Positions 22,840 through 36,417 of a DNA stretch of 64,000 nucleotides are shown here, piece after piece. This stretch comes from Octopus vulgaris (lineage: Eukaryota). Below the pieces are notes generated by a model. That model saw nothing but the letters and a program-made list of their open reading frames with translations. It searched no databases and was not told the origin of the DNA. Both the position numbers and the translations under genes were made by a program. The stretch lies in NCBI GenBank assembly GCA_951406725.2, contig OX597817.1, positions 98,704,001 through 98,768,000 of the forward strand, written 5' to 3'. The stretch's first letter is position 1. Every line of letters starts with the position of its first letter.

Positions 22840-23262
22840 ACCAACATCAAAAATCAATGGAAATTGTAGTTGTGATCCCCGTGCCGGTGGCATGTAAAAA
22901 GCACCATCTGAACGTGGCCGATGCCTGCGCCGCCTTGACTAGCTTCATGCCGGTGGCACGTAAAAAGCACCATCTGAACGTGGCCGATGCCAGCGCCACC
23001 TTGATTGGCTTCCATGCCGGAGGCACGTAAAAAGCACCAATCCGATCGTGGCTGTTGCCAGCCTCGCCTGGCACCTGTGCCGGTGACACGTAAAAAGCAC
23101 CCACTACACTCACTGAGTGGTTGGCGTTAGGAAGGGCATCCAGCTGTAGAAACACTGCCAGATCAGACTGGAGCCTGGTGCAGCCTTCTGGCTTTCCAGA
23201 TCCCGGTTGAACCATCCAACCCATGCTAGCATGGAGAACAGGCATTAAACGATGATGATGAT
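22840..23262 (+). mobile_element. RTE LINE 3' UTR fragment
   Basis: Repeated GTGGCACGTAAAAAGCACC units, ends TTAAACGATGATGATG; matches 21370-21787. Confidence 0.85.
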
Positions 23263-23949
23263 ACATATATATATACATATATCTCATAAAATGTGAGAGA
23301 AAGAAAATGGATTCGGGAAGATTCTTTATTATTTGCTACAATCATTATTAGCTATTGAGCACTGGTGCACTATCAATTTTGAAAAACTTTTTCACTTCTA
23401 TATTTTTAATGTTTGTTTCTCAATCTCCACTTTCTTTAGTATGCTTTCTTACCTTCCCTTTAATTTCTGCAACTGTTTTAATGTTTTATATCTCCTCATA
23501 TCTTTGTAGCATTAAATCAATGGTATGAGAAATGTACACTGCTGCAAGTTAACTGGAAATATTACATTATATGCATTCAACCATATAAATATGTCACAAA
23601 TTACTTCAAAATTGATCCCCCAATTATTTGTTTGAAATATTTTCTTTGGCACATCATTCTTTGTATATATAAGGAGAAAGAACATTTGTGATTGATTGAC
23701 CTGAAAATAATTATGGATAGTTATTTTATTGATACCTGTAGAAGTAGAAAAGGTAAACCCCGAACAGCATTTAAACTCAGAAATATTAGGTTGGAAAGTA
23801 AGTCCTGTTGTATTTTTGACATGATTACTTTGAGGTACTTTTTCAATATTTATAGTCAAACAAGTATTAGTTTTTACATTCTAATGTCTTTTCTCTTTGT
23901 GCAAATTACTTTATATGATAGAGGTTAAATTTGTATCAACTTTATCTTT

Positions 23950-24985
23950 TTAAAATGATTTTATCTTAGACCTATATCAGACACTGCATGCTGTATGAAC
24001 TCAAAAGAACTTGTCAGCAATAAAAGCAGTAAGAAATATTTAGTTGTCTTTGGAAATGAAGGTTTATGTGTATAGATGTCTGGACATGCCACAATGACTT
24101 TCCAGTTTCACTTGGGAAATTTTTCTTTCACAGATTTCCTTCAATCTGAATGACTAAATTCTATCAACCTTGAGCTTCTGAAAATTATAGTTGAGGAAAA
24201 TTCAAAGGAAACTATACAAGATTTAGCAAAACAACTGAATTCAAGTTACACCTTGATCATAAAGTGTTTTCGTCAACTAGATGTGTCTAAACTTAGTAGT
24301 TCCCTCATCATCTGGCTACTTCTCAGCTTAATCAATGAGTTGCCCTCTGTTCATCAATGAAGAGTAGATTTGTTATTGAACTTTTCTTGGGTATAAACAT
24401 TATCAGTGATGAAAACGGGACTCTCTATAATCATATTCAATGAAAACAACAAATGACTGGTACCTGATGAAAAAGGAGAATACATCCTGAAACCAGAACT
24501 ACACCTGAAAAAAGTTATCCTCTATGTTTGAAGGGTGTCATCTAACATGAAGCATTAAACCAATATAAAACAGTTAATATGGAGAAGTATTATTAATCAG
24601 AAGCATTGCACATTAGTTAATTGCAAAGAGGTGTTGCTCTTATACAGTAATTTAAGACCACATATTGCCCTAGTCACACAGGGAAAGATTATGGCACTTA
24701 ATATAGAATTTTTGCTTCATTGTTCTTACTCTTCTGACTGTCATCTTTTCAGATCATTGCAACAGTATCTCGTAACTGTTTATTAATTGTAAAGAGGTTA
24801 ACAATTAATATTGAGTGTTTCTTTACTTCAAAACCTGAAGAATTTTACACCCAAACAGATGGGATTATGTTATCAATAAAGAGGGGCAATATTGTCTTTG
24901 TTAAATATATCAAATAAGACTAAAAAAAGCATTTTTTCCTTTATCATCTTGAGATGTGACAGGACTTTCTTTCCAACCTAATAGT
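23950..24985 (+). mobile_element. Highly degraded mariner transposon
   Basis: Remnants resembling IISDE..LYN, HPKKVIL, NLRPHIA, SDCHLFRSLQ; many stops. Confidence 0.65.
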
Positions 24986-26098
24986 ATGAGACGTTGCACT
25001 GTGTACTGAAAATCAGTAAAAATCTATATGGGCTTCAGATAAACTAGTTTTTATCAAATGATATATAATCACTAAAATGAGATAGCATCTCCACTCTGAA
25101 CTATTAAAGTACAGAATATATAGAAAATAAAATATATATTCTTTTAGCTTCCATAGCAAGCAAGATTTATATAATGTATACAATTTATATATTCCTTTTT
25201 AATAAAGCTAAAAACATTATTGGTAATAAAGAGAAGTAAAATATTTTGCACGTCTTGTTTGTTTTTTCAAACATTTTTCTATTTTACTCCTTTTTCATGT
25301 TTTCTTGCACACAGTCAAATGTAAGCTCTACACAGCAAAGAAACAACATTCTGTTTCTACATTTTATTGAGTAGTCAATACCTTGTATAGTAAATTAATA
25401 ACTAATACAACATTTTTACATGAGAGGGGAACTTTTTTTAGTTTTGTATCTGCACTTGTGCATTGTCATTTGAAGAATTACTTAGGCTATAATCAAAAGT
25501 AATGAATCAATCATCAGTATATACAAACTCCTAATTGATTTTAATGTTGTTTTGTTTTTACAAAGGTAAAAAAAATTCAAACTTAGAAATAACTTTTGTT
25601 TAAATCAGTCTGTACCAGGAAAATTTATATTTGGCAATGATTTTGAGAGTAAATATGAATGAGCATATAGGTAATTATGTACCCCCTCCTCAAAAAAATG
25701 AGTTTATTGTAGCATTTACACAATTCAAAGTGACCTATGAAAAGAAGAATCCAAAACAGGGTTAAGTTATAAAAAAAACAAAAATGTTAAGATAGAGAAG
25801 AGAGTTGGAAAGGTGGGAAGGAGTAAAAAGTGTAAGCTAGATCCTCTGCTCAGCAATGGATGTCAAAAATGGCAATACCCAGAATGCTTACACTATTAAA
25901 TTCTACAGTCTTTTTCCAAATGAATCCACTTCACCCTCCTTTCTATCAACTGACAATTCAAAGCTGCTGGTAAGAAATTTTGTTTCATTCATTACTAGAT
26001 GTTACTTTTTTAATTCCATTCCATTCTCAAGGTATCAATATTTTTCATAAAATTTTCATATTTTCCTTCTTAGAAATCTCTTAAGATGAGTTCATTTT

Positions 26099-27131
26099 TT
26101 ATTGCTTGGTTGACGATGCAGCAGTAGTTGCTGCTGGTGGAGGAGTTGCAGTTGTTGCTATTTCAGTAATTTCATCAGGTGGGTTAAATTTGCGCTGGGG
26201 ATCCGGAGATTTTGTAGGTTTGCGCATAACAGGGGGTTTAGCCTTCATTGCAACTTTAGGCTTCTCTGGTATTGGAGGTGGGGCTGTGGAACACATCCCT
26301 TCATTAGGAACTTCTGCAAGTCCTGCAGGAGGCATGGGGCTTGGACAAATACGGCCACCAGGCACTTGTGTGCTAAAGCTTCTCTTTATAACTGATGACT
26401 GCACGAGTCCACCTGGTGGCTGTGTGTCCTCAGGGGCACTATGCCGATTAAGTGCTATTGGTGTGCGCAATAAAGGATGCCCTTTTTTTAATGTACTTTG
26501 ATTGGACTTAGCAAAAGCATCAGCACCACTAATGACAGTGGGGCTACCAGGCTCACTGTTCTCCTGTGAGGGTGGGGAGTCTGACCCTTCAGGTAGGTCT
26601 AAAACTAAATCAGGTGTATGTTTAGGAGTGGGTTTACTCTTCATGGCTGGCAAGCTCATTCTTTTATCAGTTTTCTGTTGTACTTCTAATGACTTGATAC
26701 CAGACATCATCTTGGCAAGAGCATCCTCAATAGCTGCCACTTCTTCACTGCTGACAGAACTGGATATTGCAGTTGTCGTTGTTGCTGTTGAGGTGGTGCT
26801 GGTGGCAGTTACACTAGTTGGTTGGGGCGGCTCGGATTTTTCTTCTTTTACGGGGTGTTCTTTAACAACTCTTTCACGAATCATCGGAAGGGGTGGTGCC
26901 TCTAATTTCATGTGCATTTTCGGCGATGAAGGACACTGGGCAGACGTTTTAGGGCTGTCTGGTCTCTCTTGTTGAATAAGAATATTTGGTTGAGACATGC
27001 ATTTCGCCAGCTGTTGGTTGGTGGCACTATCATCACTAAGTTGCCTCATTGGAGGCTTCAGAGGCAAAGAATAAGTAGAGCTGTGTTTATCTTCATCACC
27101 ACTGCTACTGTGGTTTCTTTTATCCTCACGC
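26099..27131 (-). CDS. SRGAP: Terminal coding exon of an srGAP-like (SLIT-ROBO Rho GTPase-activating) protein
   Basis: Acceptor TTTTTCTTTACAG at 27132-27144; open frame (G)REDKRNHSSSGDEDK... to the stop at 26099. Coiled-coil-like IEDALAKMMSGIKSLEVQQ and KHTPDLVLD resemble the vertebrate srGAP C-terminus as I recall it; proline-rich tail; phase matches the SH3 exon. Confidence 0.8.
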
Positions 27132-27484
27132 CTGTAAAGAAAAATAATAGTGCATTAAATTTCTTTTAAATTCTATATTGAAAACAAACTTCAATTTACT
27201 AAATTAAAGGAAATCTTCAATACTTTGGACAGTATTTCTCAAATTTTAAGAGAAATTACAATATAAAAACAGAATTGTTAGAGTGATATATTATCACTCT
27301 AACAATTGTTGATTAGTCTCAGATGGAGCAGACCTAATAGCATTCCAACTGTAAATATTTTCCTATATGCAGGGAACTCAGGACCATACTAGCCCTAAAA
27401 TTCACTCCATAATTGCCCATGGGCATATGGCGTAGTGGTTAAAAGTGCAGGCTACTAAACCCAACATTCCGAGTGCGATGACCT

Positions 27485-27552
27485 GAAGAAGAAGAAGAAG
27501 AAGAAGAAGAAGAAGAAGAAGAAGAAAAAGAAGAAGAAGAACAACAACAACA
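27485..27552 (+). repeat. (GAA)n/(CAA)n microsatellite inside a SINE-like element (about 27420-27705)
   Basis: Visible tandem repeat; tRNA-like head TGGCGTAGTGGTTAA upstream. Confidence 0.8.
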
Positions 27553-27794
27553 AAAAATGCCTTGTGAATGAGAACCCAAGTTTGAAATTTCTCCAAGACA
27601 CTTGATGAAGGCTGGAGGGTATATCAGCCGAAATGTTGTGTTAATAACAAACAAGATGAGGACAAAGATCCATCAAATGTAAATAATGTACATAATTCCT
27701 CATCTTTACTAGTGTAGGTATTATTACAATACCTGGTGCAGTATTATTTTGGAAGAAAAATGTTGTACTTTCTATAAAAGCAGGTCCTAATTTG

Positions 27795-28487
27795 ACCTTG
27801 TCCTTATTCTTAGTGCAACCATTGAAGAGAGCATTTTGATTTTAACAGCTATTTTATCAAAATAGAAGTGACAAAGGACGATATTTGACATATTTTGCTT
27901 TAGGAGTTCAATAAAGGCAACAACCCAAAGGAAAGTGTGAGGAATATTAATGCAGTATATGGCGATTGGACAATAAATGTAAGCCAGTGTTAAAAGTGGT
28001 TCCAGAAATTCCGAGCTGGGAACTACAGCATAGAAGACGAGCCTCATCCTGGAAGATCTGTAGAGCTTAATGAGGATGTCCTGCAAACCCTGATGGAACA
28101 AAATCCCATCATACCTGTTGAGGAACTAGCAGAAAAGCTTGGATTTGGTCATTCAACCATTTCTCAACACCTGCGTGCCATCGGAAAAGTGAGCAAACTG
28201 AGTCAATGGGTTCCTCTCAAACCTTCAAAGTCTAATCATGGACAGAGAGTAAATTGTGTGCTTTTCTTTGCTGTCATGTCTCACCAATGAACATTTTTGG
28301 AGCGAATAGTGACTGGTGATGAGAGAAATGGGTTCACTATAAAAATGTCAAGTGCTGGAGACAGTGGGTAGGGAAAGGAGAAACACCAGCAACCCAGGCT
28401 AAAACAGATCTTCACCCATGTAAGGTATTGTTACCTGTTTGGTGGGATAGGAAAGGTTAGTCCACTTAGAACTTTTAAATCCAAACC
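27795..28487 (+). mobile_element. Mariner transposase remnant, 5' half
   Basis: WFQKFRAGNYSIEDEPHPGR, VEELAEKLGFGHSTI, QWVP, IVTGDE. Confidence 0.85.
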
Positions 28488-29520
28488 AGTGTGCCTGTGG
28501 TGGTGGTGGTGGCATGTGTTTGATACCGTGGTGTGTAAGGTAACTTGTGTGCATGCATGTGGTGGCATTTGTGAGATACCATGTGTGTATGTGTATGGTG
28601 ACAGGTGTATGTATGGGTGGGTGTGTTTTTGCACATGTGCATAGATGTGATGGTCAGTAGTAGTTGAGGGCAATGGAAGGATTTTTGAAAGGCAGTCTGA
28701 AGAGTGTGTGAATGGGTGGGTATGGATGTGTGTGTGTTGGCATGTGCACGTAGACGGAGTGGGAATGTGTATGTGTGTGGACATGTGTATGGGTGCATGT
28801 GTATGCCACTCTCTGGGTCACTGTCTCTTTCTTTTTCTGTATATGTATGTGTGTGTTTTCATGTGTGCATGCAGGGATGTGTGTATGTGCATGTGAGTGT
28901 GGAAGTATATGTGTGTGTGTGTGGAGGTATATGTGTGTTCATGCATGTGTAGAGGTGTATGTGCATTCTCTGTGTACATGTATGTGCGTGTGCATATGTG
29001 TGTGTTGTGTGTGTGGCGGTAGATGTGCATTCGTGTGTATGTGTACATACATGTGTGTATGTATGTGTACATATGTGTGTGGTGGGATGTGTGCTGAGGT
29101 ATATGTGTGTTCATGTGTCTCCATGCATGTGTGTTGTGTTTGAAGGTATATGTGTGTGTGTGTTTGTATATATGTGTGAGAGGGAGAGGGCAGAGGTAGT
29201 GTGAAGGTACATTGTCTGAAGGGTGTGTGAATGGGTGGGTGGGAGTGTTGGCATGTGTACGTGGATGGAGTGGGAATGTGTATCTGTGTGCATGCATATG
29301 TATGGGTGTGTGTGTGGGTTTATCTTTGTGTGTCATTCTGTCGTGCATTCTCTTACTATGTAAATGTGTGTGTGTACCTTTCTGTGTGTCACTCTGTTGC
29401 GTGTGTGTGGAAGTGTATATACGAGCATGTATATGAATATGTGTGCATTGTATGTGTTCTGTGTAGAGGCATGTGTGCATTCGTGTGTGTGTGTGAGGGA
29501 GAGGAGTGGTGATATGTGGT
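28488..29520. repeat. Degenerate TG-rich low-complexity tract with an internal duplicated block
   Basis: GTCTGAAG.GTGTGTGAATGGGTGGGT...GGAGTGGGAATGTGTAT occurs at about 28694 and 29214. Confidence 0.8.
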
Positions 29521-29529
29521 ATGTAGTAT

Positions 29530-31690
29530 AGGAATAGGAGATAAAAAAATTAATACAAATAATAAGTAAGTCAAAAATACAATTAATAAGTAGAAATTGG
29601 TAAAATAAAACCTTAAAGTGAAAAGACCGTATGAACAAATACATGTATGTATGTGTGTGCATAAATGGAGTTAAACACAGGTGTTATTCAAATTCTTTTA
29701 CTTCCGACACGTTTCAAAGATATCACTGGGATTATTCTAAAGGAATAAAATGGTGTAAAACAATGTAATCTTCTCTTCAGGGAAGTGAAGAAATGAAACT
29801 CGTCAATAAGACATTTCAACAGAGAATGATGGATATGTATAGTGATTAACATACATGCTATTAAGTTTGTTTGAAAAAAACATTAGAGGATATAACATCA
29901 AAGGTAGCCTATAGAAAGAAGAGGGGTAAAGGAAAGAAAAAGACCAAATAAATGAGAAGTATATAACATTATGTATATTAAATAAAACCCTATAGTCTTG
30001 GAAAAAGATATATCTAGTGAATGTGAAATGTAAGAAGAAAATTAATGTTTAAATTATATATAATGATAGATATCACTTATATGAACTAAAGGTGTGTCTC
30101 TGCCAATGTTTACATTGGTATGCATGCTCTATAACTGTGTTTACAAGGGGATTTTTAGAAAAAAGAATAAAAAATAGTTCAGAATTACAGAGAAGACAGA
30201 ATTCCTTGTCTTTGTCATAAGGTATCGAAATTGAGAGAATCAACCAATCTAAATTAAATTGTTTATTGTGGTTTTTTAGATACCAAATTAATTTACTAAG
30301 ACTTGTATTGTTACGTTTATTCCTATTCCTAAATGTAGAGTAATGATTAGAAATTCTTTTAGATAATTGAGAAGATGAGCTGCCTATATAAAAAAATACT
30401 TCATTACCAGAAGTAATTTTACACTGGTGTATAGAATTTTTAATTTTAGAGTTACTTGATATAAACTTGATTCTGTTGTAATTGACTTCAGATACAATAA
30501 CCGTGTTATAAATATTTCTAGGGGGATGGATGGTATTAGCTAAATTAATGTTAGTATTAGTAAATGTATCATTATTTAACAGGTTATTATGTGAAGAGAT
30601 AATTTGTAAGAGATTTTTTGTGTTGGAAAAATCAATCCCAACCATGTGTGAGTTGATAATAGAGTAATACCTAGAATTCTTTGGAAAGTTCCTAATAATA
30701 GCTTCACAAAACTGGAAAGGAAGATTAGATTTAATTTGCTTCCTACAAGGAATAATTAACCAAATGGTTTTACTAATAGTTACCTTATTTTTAGTGTAAC
30801 TATCTTTGAAAGACATATATTTACCTTTAGAACAAAAATAGGGGTTTAAATAAGGGTTATCTCCCTTCCTCTGTTTGGTGTTGGCATATAAATTAAATTT
30901 GACAATGTTTATATCCTTACAACTAAATTTCATATCTCCATTAGTAAAGGTAGAATAAGATTGAATGAAATTAATGTAGGTAACTTTCTCTGTATAACCT
31001 GCTTTAAGTAAGGCAGAGTTATAAAATTTGGCCTTATCATTGAAAATGTCAACATTAGCAGATAACTTAGACAATCTAAATGAAATATTCTTAACTAAGT
31101 TCCTAGTAATTGCCCTAGAATGATTACTGAATTTGCTAATATACTTAAGATTGGTTGATGGTTTGTGGTATGGGAAGTACAAATTATTGTGTAAGTTAAG
31201 AGAAATATCTAAAAAATTGTCCTTCGTTACATCATCATCAAAAAGGATGCTTAAGCCCATTCTACAGAAAAACTTAACTAAACTATTCTTAACTTTTTGT
31301 ACTTTTTGGTCGGAAACATTTTAAAGTGAACAGTCATCACGATATACACCTCCATTTATGTTTGGGAACTGTTCTGCCATTTCAAAATGTATATATATAG
31401 AGACTAAATCAGCTACTTGCCATTGTAATATCAAAACTATCTGATGTGTCTTTACAGACCCACAACTTATTGTCAAACTTTATGATAGATTTTCTGGCGG
31501 CCAACACAACATTAATTTCTTCCCTGGTGAGACCAGCTTTGTTATGAGCAAGCCAAAGTGCCTTATTAAGTACTATTGGGTTGATGAGTGAATAAAAACT
31601 AGAAATGTCAAACTGGATAAACTTAGTGCTCCTCTTATTAGTAATTAGTTGACGACTTGGAATGATTTGGACCATAAACGTTTTAATTTT
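29530..31690 (-). mobile_element. Penelope-like element: RT core, thumb and GIY-YIG, frameshifted and 5'-truncated
   Basis: FIQFDISSFY, FDITM, GGVYRDD (about 31334-31354), NFLDISLNL, YHKP, SNHS, FYIGSSS..KRISNH, TSLSKLIWYLK, CLLCNSE, CKH. Confidence 0.9.
29701..29785 (-). ncRNA. Type I minimal hammerhead ribozyme in a Penelope 3' pLTR
   Basis: Minus strand: CTTCC-CTGAAGA-GAAGA...TCTTT-GAAA-CGTG-TC-GGAAG; about 290 bp downstream of the Penelope ORF stop. Confidence 0.72.
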
Positions 31691-31693
31691 TTA

Positions 31694-32601
31694 ACTAGCT
31701 TAAGGTGACCCGCTCTACGCACGGGTAAGAGTGTGGTTGTTACTTTCTTTTGCTTCCTTACTGTTTTTTATCACCACATTCTCCCTCTTTGTTTCTCTCT
31801 CACTTTCTCACTATCTTACTCTTCCTTTCTCTCTCACTTTCTCACTCTTCCTTTCTCTCAGACTCTCCCTCGCTTTCTCTTTCTATCTTTCTCTATCTCT
31901 CTCCCATTTATAAACAACAAAAGATCTTGAGTAAGTTGAGGAAAAAAATATTTTGAAAGATAAATCATAAATATCAGGCAGTGACAACAGAAAGGTCTGC
32001 TTCAAGGCAGACAGCAAAACACTAACATTTAAAAGGGACAGATGAACTTGCGAGCTGGATAAAAATAAAAAAATATTGGAAACCAAAGTTTGAAGGGATA
32101 GAATCTGAGGATAGTAGAGTCACCATGGCTGGCATTTCTTAACGATGGACAGTAGTAACGTAGCAGCAATTTAATGGCTGGCGTAAAATTTTGAACTTGA
32201 TGTAAAAGAAAATTCCTAAACACCAAGTTTTGAAGTGATTCTTTCTCACGACAGTAGACTCACCATGGCAAGCATTCAAAACTTCTTCATCATGGACAGC
32301 AACACATTGAAGATCTAAAGGCTGGCGCAAATTTTTAGCTTGATGTAACAGAGAATTCCTAAACACCCGCTCCTGTAAAGTTTAATCCCCTTCCAGCCCC
32401 ATTTAGACCTCTTTTCACATTTTGGTTAATATAACCTGATTTCATTCAGGTCTACTCGGGCCACATTTGATAAGATGAGGAATTTTGTCCTAGAGGTCAC
32501 GCCTTTCATTTGAGGAAAAAAATAGTTGCCATGCAAACTTGCCAGCACTTTTAACATAGGTGTGCATATTTTCAGCTCAACCGACCACATAATGCACACA
32601 T

Positions 32602-32644
<43 letters not shown>

Positions 32645-33479
32645 ATGCATTATATATATAAATGTATACAAATTATATATATATATATATATATATATCA
32701 TCATCATCATCATTTAGCATCCGTTTTCCATGCTAGCATGGATTGGACGGTTCAACTGGGGTCTGTGAAGATGGAAGGCTTCATCAGGCCCAGTCAGATC
32801 TGGCAGTGTTTCTACGGCTGGATGCCCTTCCTAACGCCAACCACTCCGTGAGTGTAGTGGGTGCTTTTTACATGCCACCCGCACAGGTGCCAGACAGAGC
32901 TGGCAAACGGCCACGAACGGATGGTGCTTTTACGTGTCACCGGCACGGGGGCCAGGCGAGGCTGGCAACGGACACGAACGGATGGTGCTTACACTTTGTA
33001 TATATACATAGAACACACACACACATATAGAAATTAACCCAATAAATATCTGATTCATATTTGTTCTCATGATTGTGTGGTGGTGGTGTCGTTAATAATT
33101 CTCTCTATGAATGCAGACAGACGTCGAGAGAGAGAGAGGACGTGGGAGAAAGAGTGAAGGTGGCGTGGGAAAGATAGTAGACGCTATCAAACGACGTTAT
33201 AGAGAGAATGTGAAAGGAAGGGAGGTAAAAGAGAGAGAGATGGAGGAAGACAAGCAGATAAGAGAATGAGAGAAGACTTGTCAAAGTGTGTGTTTTTTGC
33301 CCTAGTAACCACACCTTTTAAGATAGGGATTTCTAACCTAGCCCACTAACATCCTCATCTCATTTCACAAGTCCCTGTAAATTTTGGAGTCAATCCGACG
33401 GGATCTAGTGGCCTTTAACCCGTTCTCAATGCCAAAACCAGACAAACAAACTTTTCGCATTTCAGATTTATAATATAGA
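31694..33479 (+). mobile_element. Non-autonomous Helitron/Helentron-like element; a second tandem copy starts at 33481 and appears to resume at about 35470-35885
   Basis: 5' ACTAGCTTAAGGTGACCCGCTCTACGC.C.GGT hairpin-like end at 31694 and 33481; 3' CAGACAAACAAACTTTT.GCATTTCAGATTTATA end at about 33440-33479 and 35846-35885; 33045-33475 is similar to 35480-35880. Confidence 0.5.
32698..32990 (-). mobile_element. RTE LINE 3' tail fragment
   Basis: (CAT)n-TTTAGCATCCGTTTTCCATGCTAGCATGG...; reverse complement of 21500-21787. Confidence 0.85.
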
Positions 33480-33559
33480 GACTAGCTTAAGGTGACCCGC
33501 TCTACGCGCAGGTAAGAGTGTGGTGTATGTGTATGTATATGTATATATATATATTTTTT

Positions 33560-35426
33560 TTTATTTATTTATCTAGTTTCAGCTCACAAGCTGTGGCCAT
33601 GCTGGGGCACCGCCATTTGGTGTTGCTACATGATTTTACTTCACAAATGCTTTTTAGCAATTGCCATTTGGTGCATGAGAGAGTTCGATGCAGCTGCCCT
33701 CATCTGCACCTCCTGCCGTGAAGTTGGTTCATCTGGGATACCTGACAAGAAGATATCCAGTTTCATTTTAAAGACATCCGCATCCACCCGATGCAGGTCT
33801 CTTAGGTTCTTCGGGAGGATATTGAAGAGCTGTGGGCCTCGGAAGCCCAGGCTATCACAGTATCTTGTCTTACATCTTGATGGCAAATTTGGAGTCCTTG
33901 GCACTATGCAGTGGCGCCCAGTTCTGGCATTTGTGTAACTCTTGATGCCAAAGTTTGGGACAAGTCCTTCCAGGATCTTCCAGATGTATATTATGGCATA
34001 TCTTTCTCGCCTACGCTCTAAGGAATAGAGTCTCAATCTCTTGAGTCTTTCCCAATAGCTTATATGCTGCACAGAGGCTATCTTCTTTGTGTAGCTTCGT
34101 TGGATCGCCTCAACTTCTGTGATTAACTTGACACTGGATGGTGACCATAGCTGAGAGCAATAGTTAAAATGGTTTAGGACAAGTGTCCTCCAGAGGACCA
34201 TCATGGTTTCCTGGTCTCTTGCTTTGAAGGTTCTAAGAATCCATCAGGTCAGCTGCCTACATTTCATTGCCAATTTAGCAACATGCACATGAAAGGTTGC
34301 ATCATCACTCATGTAAATACCCAGGTCATGCACTGATTGTGCCTCTGGGATTGCAGTCCCTCCAGGTCCAGTGTATTTATTGGGTATTGCATTTAGTTTT
34401 GTGCTAATAGCATAAAGCTTGAAACTTTTCAGCATTGAACTGCATGCTATTCTTTTCAGCCCACTTGTATATTTTGTCCAGCTCACATTGCAGGTGCTTA
34501 GTGTCTTCAGGGTTCTGTATTGCCTGTGAAACTTTTGTATCATCTGCATAACTTGTGATCATGGCTCTCTGCATGGCTGAGGGCATGTCTGAGAGGGCCA
34601 TTATGAACAGTAGTGGTCCCAAAACAGTGCCATGCAGAACACCGTTCACTATTTGCTACTACCACCTGACTTCTATCCTTCAGAAAGTCATGAAGCCATT
34701 CTCCCAATTTTCCAACTATGCCAAGATCACGCAGTTTGTGACATAGCATTCCATGATCGACTTTATCAAAGGCCTTTGCAAAGTCGAGATATATGACTTC
34801 CACATTTGAGTGGTTGAGCAGTCGTTTCAGCACCCAGTCATAGTGTTGTAGGAGCTGAGTTAAGCAGCTTCTTCCTGGTCGGAAACCATGTTGGGTGTCA
34901 GGCAGCAAGTCATTTTCTTCAAGGAAGGTGATTAGTTTCCTTCTGACTATTCGTTCCATGACCTTGCTGATGTGTGAGGTCAGAGAGATAGGTCTGTAGT
35001 TCTTGGCCTCCGCTCTGCTACCTCCTTTATGAATAGGGCATATTTTACCTTCCTTCAGTTTTCTTGGAAGTTTGCCAGTTGCAAGGAAGCTCTGAAAGAG
35101 GAACTTCAGTGGTCTTGCTAGGACTCTCTTACATACTTTTAGAAGGATTGCTGGGAATCCATCTGGGCCAGTAGCTGAGTTTGTTTTCATTTCATCAATA
35201 GCCTTTATTACATCGTCTTCTTTTATATTGATGTAATCAATCATCGCTGCCTCCGATTTTATATCTGCAGTGGTAAAGAAGTCAGTTGGATTGCTGACTT
35301 GAAAATGCCCTAGGGGTGGCGTGAAAATACTCTTGAATTGCTCATTTAGTATTTCACTTACCCTCATTGGATTTCCTGTGAGTGTGCCATCCTTTTCAAG
35401 GAGTGGCCCTAGCCTACAGTGCACCG
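33560..35426 (-). mobile_element. 5'-truncated CR1/L2-group LINE closely related to 5922-9400
   Basis: Translated segments nearly identical to the 916-aa ORF from TVHCRLGPLLEKDG onward; frameshifts; same 3' tail. Confidence 0.95.
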
Positions 35427-36104
35427 TATATATAAATGTATACAAATATATATATATATATGTATAAGGGTGAAAAGGAACACATCTGATTCATAATATT
35501 TGTTCTCATGATTGTGTGGTGGTGGTGGTGATGATAATTCTCTCTATGAATGCAGACAGATGTAGAGAGAGAGTGTGAAAGCGCTGTTGAAGGCGGCGGG
35601 GGAAGATATAGGACGCTGTGAAACGACGTTATAGAGAGAACGTGAAGGGAAGGGAAGAAAGAGAAACAGAGGAAGACAGATACATAAAAGAATGAGAGGA
35701 GACTTGTCAAAGTGTGCGTTTTTCGCCCTAGTAACCAAACCTTTTAAGATAGGGATTTCTAACCTAGCCCACTTCCATCTTCACCTCATTTTACATGTCC
35801 CTGTAAATTTTGGAGTCAATCCGATGGAATCTAGTGGCCTAAACCAGACAAACAAACTTTTTGCATTTCAGATTTATAGATATTGATTAATGTAAGAACA
35901 TATTTATCTAGTATATTTTTACTAAGTACACCGATGTCAGAGCTAGAAGGGCAGATAAGTCTTAAGGATGGGTTATTAAAAAATTTTGTTTATGATCATT
36001 CAAAATAAACCGAGGTTGCTTAAGAATCAAGTGGTTCTGTCTTCATTTGTAAGTTATACTTCTCCATAATTTTCATAGCCTCAATGTTGGCTTTCTTGAG
36101 TACA

Positions 36105-36107
<3 letters not shown>

Positions 36108-36169
<62 letters not shown>

Positions 36170-36181
36170 GTATATATATAC

Positions 36182-36217
<36 letters not shown>

Positions 36218-36276
36218 GTATATATATACATATGTATATATATATATATGTATACATATGTATATATATACATATG

Positions 36277-36332
<56 letters not shown>

Positions 36333-36417
36333 GTATATATATACATATGTATATATATACATATATATATATATACATATGTATATATATATATGTATAT
36401 ATATACATATGTATATA
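36108..36417. repeat. Compound (TA)n / TATACATATG microsatellite
   Basis: Directly visible. Confidence 0.95.

Noticed and set aside
25360-25710. Candidate poly(A) signals for the srGAP-like gene (TTTATT on the + strand)
   Set aside because: Several candidates in very AT-rich sequence; cannot choose without 3'-end data.
26106-26975. Plus-strand ORFs of 131 and 157 aa
   Set aside because: Antisense shadows of the terminal exon, with no recognisable motifs.
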